NCBI GenBank assembly: GCA_023515725.1
Contig: JALDTO010000247.1
Coordinates: forward strand, 62,001-126,000
Reading direction: 5' to 3'
Origin: Amoeboaphelidium protococcarum X5
Lineage: Eukaryota; Fungi; Aphelidiomycota
DNA length: 64,000 nucleotides
Within the stretch, counting starts at the first letter, position 1. Each line of letters opens with the position of its first letter. Positions 24,815 to 36,271 of the stretch are shown here, piece by piece. The notes under the pieces are model-generated. The model was not told the origin of the DNA and made no database searches. It saw nothing but the letters and a program-made list of their open reading frames with translations. A program made the position numbers and the translations under genes.

Positions 24815-27800
24815 ATGACTGCTGATACTACTTAGAGCAAGAAAAAGACTGAATTGCTAGAGGCTAAACAGGATCTGGAGAAGCAAAAGGTGAAGGACAC
24901 TGTGGACAGATACAATTTCCTCCTGGGTTAGACGTCTCTATTTTCTCATTTTATAAAGAGCAAGGGATTAATGCCGTCGGACAATGCTGGTAAGAAAGCT
25001 GAATCTGGAGGCGATTCCAGAGGTAAAGGTAAGAAGGACGCCAATGCTAGACGTGGTAGAAAGACGGAGAAGGAGGAAGATGAGGAGTTGCTATAGGACG
25101 AGATTGCGGAAGAAGATAGCAGTAAACCCAATGGCGCCGTGGCTGCTGAGACTGTATTCACTAGTTCACCAGCATACATCAAGAATGGTTAGATGAGAGA
25201 TTACCAAGTGCAAGGTTTGAATTGGATGATCTCACTGTTTGAGCATGGTATCAATGGCATTCTGGCAGATGAAATGGGCCTCGGCAAGACTTGTCAGACA
25301 ATATCTTTTCTAGGATATTTGAAGCATTTCCGCAATACTCCTGGCCCTAATCTAGTCCTAGTTCCCAAGTCCACTCTGCAGAACTGGGTCAATGAATTTA
25401 ACAGGTGGATTCCTGATTTTAAAGTTTTTCTATTCCACGGTAGTAAAGAGGAGAGACAGTAGATGATCAATAATGAGCTCTTCGGTAATGGGTGGGAAGT
25501 GATGGTCACTTCGTATGAGACTTGTCTTTCTGAAAAGGCTTAGCTGAGGAAGTTTGCCTGGCAGTACATTGTGATCGATGAAGCGCATCGTATCAAGAAT
25601 GAGAATAGTCTCCTGTCTCAAATTGTCCGCACGTTCACTTGTCGTAATAGATTGCTGATCACAGGAACTCCTTTGTAGAATAATCTGCGTGAGTTGTGGG
25701 CTCTGCTCAACTTTCTTCTACCTGACATCTTCACCACGTATGAGGAGTTCGATGAGTACCTGTAGAGTAGTGACAAAAATGATGATTAGGATGATGTTGT
25801 CAAGTAACTGCATGCCGTGCTGCGTCCTTTCCTTCTACGTAGACTGAAGGCCGATGTCGAGAAGAGTCTGCTGCCTAAAAAGAAGATTAATTTGTATGTG
25901 GGCATGTCTGAGATGTAGAAGCAGTGGTATCAGAAGATTTTGAGTAAAGACGTTGAAGGTGTAAACGGTGCAGTCAAGGATTCTCGTGAGGGAAAGACGC
26001 GTCTGTTGAACATTGTAATGTAGTTGAGAAAGTGCTGCAATCATCCATATCTATTTGATGGTGCTGAACCTGGTCCGCCGTTTACCACTGATTAGCATTT
26101 GATTGATAATGCCGGTAAACTTGCTCTCCTTGATAAGCTGCTCGTTGCAATGAAAGCGAAGGGATCAAGAGTGTTGATATTCTCGTAGATGAGTCGTATG
26201 TTGGATATTTTAGAGGACTATTGCATCTGGAAAGAGTATGACTACTGCCGCCTTGATGGACAAACTGCTCACGAAGATAGAATTAGAGACATTGATGAGT
26301 TCAACAAGCCCAATAGTAAGAAGTTCATATTTCTGCTTACAACCAGAGCTGGCGGTCTTGGCATCAATTTGGCTACTGCGGACACTGTGGTTATGTATGA
26401 CTCTGACTGGAATCCTCAAGTTGATCTGTAGGCTGAGGATAGAGCTCATCGTATTGGTCAAAAGAAATAGGTGTATATATTCCGTTTTGTTACGGAGAAT
26501 GCAATTGAAGAGAAAGTCATCGAGAGAGCTGCCAGTAAGCTGAGATTAGACTAGCTTGTCATTTAGCAAGGTAGAGTGGCGAATTAGAACAAAACACTCT
26601 CCAAGAATGAGCTGGTGTCTATGATTCAGCATGGCGCTGACAAGATTTTGAATTCCAGCGGCAGTTCTATCCAGTTGGATGAGAGTATTGATGACATTAT
26701 CAAGAAGGGCGAAGAGAGAACTGCGCAGTTGGATAAGAAGTTTCTGTAGTTAGGCCTTGATGATCTGTAAAACTTTTCCCTTGAGGCTGGTAGCATGTAT
26801 GAGTTTGAAGGAAAAGACTTTAGTAATACTAATCAGCAAAAGAGTAAAGACACATCAGCTGTTGGGTTTGGATGGATAGCACCTGCGAGACGTGAACGTA
26901 AGACTGCTGGGTATTCCATTGATGAATATTATAGGCAGTAGATGCATGCAAATTCTAAGGGAGCTGAGGCCAAAGTACCTCGACCGCCAAAGTAGATCTT
27001 TATTCAAGATCACCAGTTCTATCCTCAACGTTTGGTTGAATTACAAAAGCGCGAGTTGTATGCATACTGGAAGGAGGTCAACTATAAAGTTCCTGTGAGT
27101 GATCCTCCGACAGAAGAAGAGCTGGAAGAGCAACGCAAAGTTGATGAGTCCGTCCCATTGACTGAGCAGGAAAAAGAAGAAATGGACCATTTGCGTTCTC
27201 ATGGCTTTAGCAACTGGCTGAAGAGAGATTTTTGGGCCTTTGTACGTGGTTGTGAAAAGTTTGGTCGCAATAATTTTGAGGGAATTGCCAGTGAAGTTGA
27301 GACTAAATCTGTTGATGAAGTTAGAGAGTATGCAGCCTAGTTTTGGGAAAAGTATTATGATATTTCAGATTATGAGACTATTATGGATAGAATTAATCGC
27401 GGTGAAGAGAAGATTCGCAAACGCGATCAGATCCAAGAGACTCTTTCCAACATTGTCGCCTAATACAAGTTTCCGTTGTAGTAGTTGTATATAAACTATG
27501 GTTAGACTACCAAGGCACGCTCTTTTAGTGAGGAAGAGGATCGCTTTCTGATTGTTGGGTTATAAAAGTATGGATACAATACAGATGACGTGTATGAACT
27601 GATCCGTCGTGATATTCGCGCCCACCCTGCGTTCCGCTTTGATTGGTTTATTAAGAGCAGAACTAGTACTGAGCTCTCTCGTCGCTGCAATACTCTTATC
27701 AATCTGCTGATGAAAGATATGAATCAGAACTATGGGAATAACGTTGAAGATGAGAACTCCGAGGCTGTTAGTGGGAAGAGAAAGAGCACCAACGCCGCTT

Positions 27801-27889
27801 CGTTGAATGGTAGTCAAAATAGTATTACCGCTCTGAATGGAGATTCCAATTCCCAGCAGCAGAAGAAGGTGAAGAAGGTGAAGACTTGA
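24815..27889 (+). CDS. ISWI-family chromatin remodelling ATPase (Isw1/Isw2/SMARCA5)
   Basis: [24 protein letters not shown] and [18 protein letters not shown] motifs, with C-terminal HAND-SANT-SLIDE ([11 protein letters not shown]). Confidence 0.97.
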
Positions 27890-28459
27890 AAGATGATTGA
27901 ATATATGTTGTAATACGTGATATTTTTACTTTATTACCACCACTTATCGCGTATCTATTGCTCTAAAAACAATTATAAACATTTCTTCTGTCAAAATCTT
28001 TCGAACTAGCAATTTGCTCGTTGTATCAAACTGATTGAGATTTCAAATCAATAATGATGACCATACACCTTGCACCAGGTCTCCCTTAGAACGATGACAT
28101 GGTAATGTCGCGTTAAAGCGCAGTTTGTTGGAATTTCGCCGGTAAGTTGATAAGCATTTCCTTTTCCATGTCTGCAGGAAGTTTGTGATATGAACGCACG
28201 TACCAAGATTCGGACAATTCTAGGGATTGAGGATTCTTCACAGAGAAGACTTTAAAAATCTATACTTCTCCACCCTCACAATATTCAATCTTAACTTGTG
28301 CCACATTCGATTGCAAAGCGGATCGTTAAGCATAAATATCACTGACCGCGAACTGCGTTCTCCAGTATACATCGTGAATCATTGTCTCCTTCGAATCCAT
28401 AAACCGAATCATTTCCTTATTAAGGTCCCTTTGCACATTTAGATTACACGTTTAGTCCC

Positions 28460-28560
28460 TTTTCCATTTCACTATCCTTACAGTCTATTTCATCGGTTTG
28501 TCCGACAAACATTACTGTATATATCAGGCGCGCCTTTCGGCGCGGCAATTCCATTAAGGT
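28460..28560 (-). ncRNA. Predicted Fanzor omegaRNA (scaffold plus flank-derived guide); boundaries approximate
   Basis: CGCGCC-GAAA-GGCGCG hairpin overlapping the ORF end, GUUUGU/ACAAAC hairpin, and a closing UACAGU/ACUGUA stem ending at the element terminus. Confidence 0.65.
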
Positions 28561-30839
28561 CTGCTACCATGCATCGCGTAATGGCGGACTATTTGAGCCA
28601 TACTCCTGTAAGCATTAACGTCCCGATCTACAAAGACGTCACATCCAGTGTTTTGGCAGTTTGGGCAAACTCCAAATCTTGATTGGACTCTTCGGTTAAA
28701 ACGATCAGGACATTCGTACGATAGGGTTTCTGGACCATCAGCTTTGATGCAGACAGTTTAAGCCCGGCGACGACCAGGCAGTATCTTCTTTGCCTTCTTG
28801 TGTCGGCACCTCATCACCACTTCATGCTCCCATTGAAGATCTGCATGACATAATGAGTGCTGCTTGCTAGTGTGGAACTCCGGCGTTATAACTACCAATG
28901 CCCGACGACTGAATTCAAACGCGAATTTTCTCACCGGAACAGGAGAATTACCACGCACGTGCTTCACACCAGCATCACCAAGTGCAATTACCGGAGGCTT
29001 ATCTGGAGGTGAAAACTTGCCAATAGATTTACGCAGTTCGCGTTTCCTCTTCTTTGCAGCTTTACCTCGGCGCCGATCGTTGATTTTAGGCACTGGTGGC
29101 TTTGGCCTGCCATACATCATGTCGATGACTTTACCAAACGCAGACTTGGTCGCGCAAAATCGTCGGAATCTCCAATTACGATGGAATGATCTTGAGTAGA
29201 AGGCATAGACGTCCTCAAAATATCTGATGTAAACATCGAGATACTACTGGCAAGTGTTTGATTAGGCCATATCTTACTCCATCAGCGTGATTTCAGTTGG
29301 TTTAATATGCAACAGATGGGCTTCAGACTCTGTAGTCAATGCAAGACGTTACCAGTATCCAGCAGATATGTGGCCCGTTTCTTTTAGCTCCTTCTTGGCT
29401 TCTTTTAGCGTAATTGCACCATCGACGTCCGCTTCGTCGCCCCACACCAGTACGTTCTTCTTACCAGGGTCAACGCCAATCAATCGAGAGCCATCTAATC
29501 TTTGTTGGAGATTCCGACAGTTTTCCAAAGCAAAAGCCCCAACAATTACTTGAGACACGTCAATGCTTCGTGCTTTTCTCTGCAGGTCTGAAGCTTCATT
29601 TGCATACGCTTTCCCACCTTAATCTGAAACAGACACGGAGCACGCAAAACCATCAGAGGTGATACTGACACTGACGTTTTTAGATTGAGCCATCCGCTGT
29701 TAAAGACCCAAAACTTTAAGCCTTAGGATACATTACCGTTGATCCTCCTCCTCTTTCGACTCCTCCCCCAACTGATTGCCCAGGCGATACTGTTCAAATC
29801 CCCACTGAGCCAAAACTTTATTGTCAAAGCAGATGTGGCGCGGAACATCGGTACCAGTAGGGAAAATCTTGAATGATGGCAAGCCTAGCTCCTTGAGAGT
29901 TTAACGCAAATACATCAGATATTGGACCAAAACTTTCTAGCCCTCCTAATTCTGAAATGCATGGTGTGCTCTTGATGGCAGGTATGTTTGATGGGTATCA
30001 CGCTACTTCATCTTACCCGATTTCTATCGCTTGAAACCGATGAGTCCATGAAGCTGACTAGGAGATTATGCTTTTCTTTTACTGTATCTCCTTCTTGGAG
30101 CTCTGTCTTTAAAAGAAGTGGTGACAATATCCAATAAATGGTGACGATGCATTGAGACCAAGTGCCGAACTTCTTCAACTTATAACAATTGCAGCAACTC
30201 GTCCTTAATAGCAGCATCTTATTGCGCAATTGTCTCCTCATCTTCACCAGCTTCGTAATCAGGAGGCAAATGTATCTGAGTCGCGGGATTAATCTCCAAG
30301 TACTCGCCCCCAAAGTGTTCGATCGTGTTAACAGCTTCTTCAGTCAGCAAAGAGTTGAGCAGCTATAGAAACACGGTAAGCCTTCGGCCTTTTACATTAA
30401 AGGCCTCCATTTAAGCTTTAATCACCTTCTTCTAGTAGACCCATATAGTTTCAGTCAGATGCCAGGTGATAGCTTAAATAATCTTACGCGCTTGAAACAC
30501 GTACAGGTTAGGATTTGGACCAATCAGGCTTTCGTGCCTCAATCTCTATCGCACTTCAGGAGCGATTGTTTCAGCCAGTATTCGTGTGTGTTCATTGTCA
30601 CGATGAAACGCAGAGTTGCAAAGATACTCCAGCATTGACGCGAAATACTGCTAATGAGATAGCTCAGGTAGTGCCTTGCCGGCTTCATTCCATACATTAA
30701 GACTGAGATAGATCAGACGGGATGCAAAGGTGAGGTGCACTGAGCTCAGTCGAATCTGTGGTATCAATCTCTCTTTATCACCATCGCTAAGATTCAAGAC
30801 AGTATTTAGTTTGCATTTACGTGTTACTTTCTTTGCCAT
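28524..30839 (-). CDS. Fanzor1 (eukaryotic TnpB-like RNA-guided RuvC endonuclease), 771 aa
   Basis: One uninterrupted frame with TAR=Gln. FKIFP...PRHICFD and SITSDGFACSV WED-type motifs; RuvC-I IGVDPG, IALGDA, RuvC-II TPEFHTSK, Zn-binding H/C and CPNC, RuvC-III DRDVNA. Confidence 0.92.
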
Positions 30840-30902
30840 ATCTTCTTATCTATGAGAAGTTAGATAAGAAAGAGGAAGAAGAAATAGTGAACTGTCTGGC
30901 GC

Positions 30903-30909
30903 TTTTATA
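30903..30909 (-). promoter_or_regulatory. Candidate TATA box (TATAAAA) about 65 bp upstream of the Fanzor ATG
   Basis: CTATAAAAGC on the minus strand inside the element 5' region. Confidence 0.4.
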
Positions 30910-31442
30910 GGCCTTTTCAACAAGTCAGTAATTGGAGTTTGCTAGCCGCTGTAAGAGCCGCTTTTAGTAACGATGAAATTGAATTTCATTACTTGGCACT
31001 GTTTGAAAATTTCTAAAGTCAAAAACTACATAATATATAGGAAAAGTATTCTAATTACTATAATCCATCACTTGATTACTTAAATCTAATATCGATGGCT
31101 TTGAAATTGGCACTTTCCATCACTGGAGAATGAAATGGAGAACTTTGCGGCATTATCTAAACAGACGTCACATAAGTTACTTATAATTGTTCAAATTACA
31201 CGCATGCTTCGCATTACGAGTTCTAATACTATCTGTTGTAGGGAAGTATCGTGCTTAAAACTTCGTCATTATTTTTTGTGCCCAAAACACTTTTCCGTGA
31301 TCGGACATTTTACTGAAACGAACTGTAATTAAGTCGGACAGCTGTTGTTTGAGATGATCTGTCGCGTGTCATCGCATCGCTAATTTTAGTTTGTCTTTGA
31401 GTTCAACGGCTTAATTGTTGAAGAAAAGATCAAGCGGTATCG

Positions 31443-33163
31443 CACAAGTTGTTGGGCGGGAAGTCTCATCTGCTTGATAGATGGCACGAATGGAAATTCT
31501 TCAAGCCTTTAATTGAATCTAACGATCTACAACTTGTGGTCTCTAATAAAAGGCACTTGAATTGTGATGTAACTTTTTAAGTCAACGTCTCGGTTAAGCC
31601 GTCGGGCATAAGCAAGAAGGAGCTGATGATGCACAGTTCTACTGTACTTTATTGACAGGATCCCTAAGTCCATTAATGACTCTGGTGAGGCGTCGCTGGA
31701 AGAACTAAGGAATTTCACATGCATTAGCCCTCAAGATTTAAAGGTAAATTAGCATTGAGTAGCAAGTACACCTTGCATACATCAAGAATCCAAAGTAGTC
31801 AGTGCTGATGGTCAAATTAAGAAGTTTAATTGGCAGTACCGGTACTTTAATGCTAAAGTTAATGGTAAATCTTATAACTTATTACCGTTAAGCAAATGCC
31901 AAGCGTGTGAAAAGGTGTCTGATAGATCTCCAGGGAAGAGAGGTGGTAAGCTCAGCTCAGCTCTTGATTAACAATCCTATTTATAAAGAGTGTTGGAAAA
32001 GTTTGAGGGACAGGTTTTGAGGCTGCTGAGAAGTCTCTATGGCTTAAAACAAGCTCCCAAATGTTGGAATAGTACGTTGAATAAATCGAGATCTGGATAG
32101 TCTCTTGTAAGGGATTTCTAAAGTGGTCGGATGTGAAGAAAGGTCGCTTATTGGCCTGCTGACGTGCGCTGCTCATATCAGAAAGGCGACGTAAAATTAG
32201 AGGCGTTTGAAGGCCGCTGGGCTGGATGATTATGCACTAATCGACCGCTAATTCATGCTATTCCGTTCGCCCTTGAATCCATTGCTAGATCATTGCTCGA
32301 AAATTCTGTCTGAGTTTACTGGTGGAAAGTTTAATGCGAGTCAATGTAAAGACGTCTTTCTGAAGGTGGATCTCCCTTTGCAATGATCTGCTTAAGTAGA
32401 CTTCTTACTTAATGGTCCTTGCGGGATAGTTTGCCTGGAACTGGATCAGGAATATCACCGATCTAAAATGTTCGGGTTTCCTGATCCAAGTTATCGTCAT
32501 CTGTCCAGGTATGATCCTGAAGTTGAGTTGTGTAGAATGGTAGCAGTCTCCGCAGAATTATTCAAGGCCACTGGTAAACGAAGTGCGTGGCTACGGATTG
32601 TATTTGGAAAGTATCCTGATTTTAATGATTTGGACGCGTCAAGACTGAAAATCAAGACGGCGCTTGATGATTTGTCGACTTTTTTAGCATTGGGTAATAA
32701 TAATATTAAAGTCGTGGAATTGGAGGTTAGTGGTGAATGCATTGAGGCATTTGAGAAAGGGGTGTCAGAGCTGCAGAATGTCGCTGATATTGTCGAAGGC
32801 TTAGTGAATAAGCTGAAGTTTAAAAGCAGCTTCGAGTGTGTCAGATGTCATAAGAAGATGAGACGAGTTAAAAAATTAGCTTTGGAGAACAACATGTTCA
32901 GTCTTAGCGTATTAATCCACCTTTAATATAAAGAAATGACTGTTTGTTTTGACTCCAATAAAGTAAAGGCTCATTTAATCCGCTATTTTCCAGTTTCGAT
33001 TTCAAGAGTTACTTTCTCCGAAGATTCTCTTGTGCTATTTAACTGCATATATTAGAAGCATCCGTGGGTTAGTAAGACCATCATTGTTTCAAAAGCGCCC
33101 TCCTATCACCATTGGCATCCCTAATACACAAATTTTTACAATATTTATACGTGTCTTTTATGA
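31443..33163 (+). pseudogene. Decayed ORF with a Vsr/DUF559-like PD-(D/E)xK endonuclease domain and an embedded Copia RT fragment; boundaries approximate
   Basis: VDFLL...IVCLELDQEYH...ELCRM...WLRI motif pattern; in-frame TGAs (for example 32384-32386) and frame switches. Confidence 0.5.
32002..32085 (+). mobile_element. Ty1/Copia reverse-transcriptase fragment
   Basis: VLRLLRSLYGLKQAPKCWNSTL matches the Copia LYGLKQ motif. Confidence 0.8.
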
Positions 33164-33329
33164 TCCACTGATTTCTTCCAATTAACTTGCCAACAGAGTA
33201 TCGTCTTGGTTTCATCTTATCACTGCATTACTTTGTCTTGTGTCTCTGTATTTGTTGCTACCTATGTTCTTTGGGTTTATATTCTGATGGCTTGAGTCAG
33301 TTTTGTGAAAACAGGTGAAAACCAGTAAT

Positions 33330-33403
33330 CACTCCTTGGCGCAATTGGTAGTCGCGTCGGATTCCAAATCCGAAGGTTAAGAGTTCAAGTCTCTTAGGGG
33401 TCA
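33330..33403 (+). tRNA. tRNA-Trp(CCA), with a C1:C72 mismatch
   Basis: Cloverleaf: anticodon stem TCGGA/TCCGA with CCA at 33364-33366, T arm AAGAG-TTCAAGT-CTCTT, and a T6 terminator at 33412-33417. Confidence 0.85.
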
Positions 33404-33650
33404 TTGCCTCATTTTTTAGTTTCAATTATAGTAATTTTTATGGTCAACATGGATTTTACTGGGTATTTCCTACTGTATTTAGCTTTCAATGTCGATACAA
33501 AGTCGCCCTAATTCATTCAAACCGTACTTTTGCCACTTATTGTGTTTCCGATTGCTCCCCCAAATAGCAATACATAGTCAGAGTGGTCGCAAAAGACAAA
33601 GTAAAACAAGGGTGCCCCACAACTAGCGAGATACAATCTATATGAACAAT

Positions 33651-34244
33651 TCATTGGCGACATATTACTCCCTCAAAGCAGTGACAACAGTCCTTCATGT
33701 ATAACTCATCTTTGCGCGGAATGTAATAGCATTCATCACATTGCAATCGGTACATTTTAAATAAATGCGCGCACTCTTCGCATAGAACGACACTCTCCAC
33801 AGGAATCGCCAATGTAGTAGGCTCTAAACTAACCATCTCTTTAAATCCCCAATTGATGGCATGTGCAAGCGCTGAATTTCCAAGATCGTCAGATAAAACT
33901 TGTGCAATAGAGGACTTCACCTGGGAAGTAGACGTGGCAGCCTTGCTATAAAAGGCGTCATCTTGATGATGTAAATTTATCGGCACAATTCTAGGATCAC
34001 TCATTGAAATTTAACAACTTTAGCACACATAGACTGGCCGTTCCATTTACCCGTCTTCAACGCTATTGTTACCAGATGACCGTTTGCCGCTACTGCCCAC
34101 AGAATTGAGATTCCTTCGAGTCCTCAATGTTCGTCGCTGCGGCCCATTATTAAAATACTCTCTGAGGTTATCAGTATCCTACAAGCCTATCAAATTATTG
34201 TCAGAGCCAGTTGGAGATTTAATTGGTTCGGATTTCTCACGCAT
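33651..34244 (-). CDS. Divergent Ash1-like zinc-finger protein (197 aa)
   Basis: CQSC...long spacer...LCEEC...CDECYYIPRKDE...CCHC, the same Cys layout as the neighbouring GATA gene. Confidence 0.6.
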
Positions 34245-34426
34245 ATTAAAGATTCGCTTGGAGGTTGACTTTTAGGTGAAGAATGGAGATGAAAGAAAAT
34301 ATCACGAATCTGACCATTCTTCGCACGCAAGGATATAAACGTTAATCTAAAACAATGACTGACAAGTCTACGTAAATTTGGTCCTTAAAAAAAAGATTTA
34401 ATGGCAATAGACACTATATACAAAAT

Positions 34427-35797
34427 TCAACAGTAACCGTGTGAGAACACTCCGTCTCTGCACTTGACACACTGCTTAGCGCGTTTCTCGCTGGCTCTTG
34501 GGACGTAACAGCACTCGGAACATCTCATGCCAGACATACGCCACTGAAGACCACATGCATTACATAGAATCACACTTTTCCACTCTGGTCCCCATTGCTC
34601 CTTCACCTCGCGCCAAATAGGAGTATCTCTAGTCTTGCAAGAAGTACAGCACTTGGATCCCGCCGTACTTGGCTTTGGTACAATGTTGGAAACTGAAGGT
34701 GTCAGTTCCTCACTTGATGCAGAGCTGGATGATGGAGACTTGACTTTGCGTGGTTTAGGAGCTTAGTTCACATTCTTCTTACTACGAGAGAGAAACAATT
34801 GCGACACTGACGCGTCTGATTCTTCTACAACGCTATCAGAGTCGGAATAGGTGTTGAGCACGCGACTTTTAACGCTTTTGGCACGTTTAGCTTTCCCCCT
34901 CTTACTACTAACTGACGACTAGCTCGAAGTTGATGCATCCTCAAGAAGATCCAACATCTGAGATTGCATGATACCGATAGACTTGTAAAATGCAGATGGA
35001 CGCTGCTTTTAAATACGAGAACTAATAACTCTACCGATCGATGCAGATGATGCATTAGAGCTAGCAACAGACGACTAAGAGCCTCTACGCTTTAAGCGCG
35101 ATGGCATGCTCACACCATGACACTTCCAAACGACATCAACACGCTCTTCACCGAAACCAATTTTAAAAACCAGACCAGGAGACTACGATCTTTTTTCTTA
35201 TTGCTAAGACTAATGACTATGATGAGATATGTCAGCTGGACTACTCAAACGCCCCAAGCGATCCACAACTGTATTATCCGTTTTCAGCGGCGACTTTTCA
35301 GGAGTTAAATCCAAACACACCGAGTCATCAGACAAATCACGCGGTGTAAATAATTCAGATCTCTTGACGATAAGAGATGGAGCGGAAGCATCAGATTTAG
35401 GATGCTAATGATGACCGTATCTTCTAGGAGATGTCATGAAGCATTTTGGTGTTTGCATCGGTGTCATCAAAAGCGCATCAGCAGACACGATAGGGGAATC
35501 TCTGCAGTTCTACTATTCATCAACAACAGGAGCAGTCTTGTGTTCAATTCCATCAACGACGATCTCTGCATAATTCAGTGATATACGCGGCACTTTCTAT
35601 CTGGGACACGGCTGCTCAACTCTTAAGGCAGATGCTTCAAAGTCGTAATCACCCGCTGTCTTTTGGGCAATGATATCACAATTCTTGTCCACCAGCAGCA
35701 TTTCGTTCTATTTCTTAATGCCAATAAGATCTTCAGCAGGATTACAATTGGCGTGAATCATTTGATCAAGTTAATTCGGACCTACATAATCAATCAT
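34427..35797 (-). CDS. Ash1-type GATA zinc-finger transcription factor (456 aa)
   Basis: CTSCKTRDTPIWR...LCNACGL followed by CSECCYVPRASE...CVKC. Confidence 0.85.
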
Positions 35798-36271
35798 GTG
35801 AGTTTAGTACCTAAGTCAGCCACTTTGACTTGACGATTGTTCTATACGCGACGAGTACTTAACACTTGTTGTAATATCAGACGCTGCTAGCGATCTTGAT
35901 ATCAACTTATGATGCTCTTATAGGCGTATCTCGTAGCGACATCACAATCATCAAGACACGCTCGAACGGAAAACACTTACAGTTATTATACAAGTTCTGC
36001 CAGCAGAATTCAAAGAGTGGTATTTAGCACAGGCGCAGTTATGGAGAAGAACTGATGTGATTATTGGAGTGTGTGTGGCTTTACATCTTATCGCGCGCCA
36101 TCTGAAATGAGGCGTTGTTTCAATTCTCACCCACGCGGAAGATTAGTATAAACGCTACTAATTAGATTGCGCATAGATTCATACTAAGCAGAATAATATG
36201 ATTAAGCGGGATCATTCATATTCTAGACAAATTTTTACTTTAAAATCAATTGTTCATTGGCTAGTTTCTAC

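Larger units (their letters stand above)
28481..31325 (-). mobile_element. Non-autonomous TIR DNA transposon (Tc1/mariner-like TA|CAGT ends) carrying Fanzor, 2,845 bp
   Basis: TA at 28479-28480 and 31326-31327. Ungapped imperfect TIRs CAGTctaTTTCAtcggttTGTCCGA versus CAGTtcgTTTCAgtaaaaTGTCCGA. No transposase ORF seen. Confidence 0.8.

Noticed and set aside
31334-31360. Alternative right end of the Fanzor element at the second TCGGACA copy
   Set aside because: It needs gaps and lacks the ACTG|TA terminus, whereas the 31325 end aligns ungapped. Not fully excluded without other copies.
31443-33163. Neighbouring ORF as the Fanzor element's transposase, or as a full Copia element
   Set aside because: It lies outside the TIR and shows no DDE motif, LTRs, gag, integrase or YVDD.
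33330-33403. tRNA as the TAR-decoding suppressor
   Set aside because: The anticodon is CCA (Trp), not UUA or CUA.
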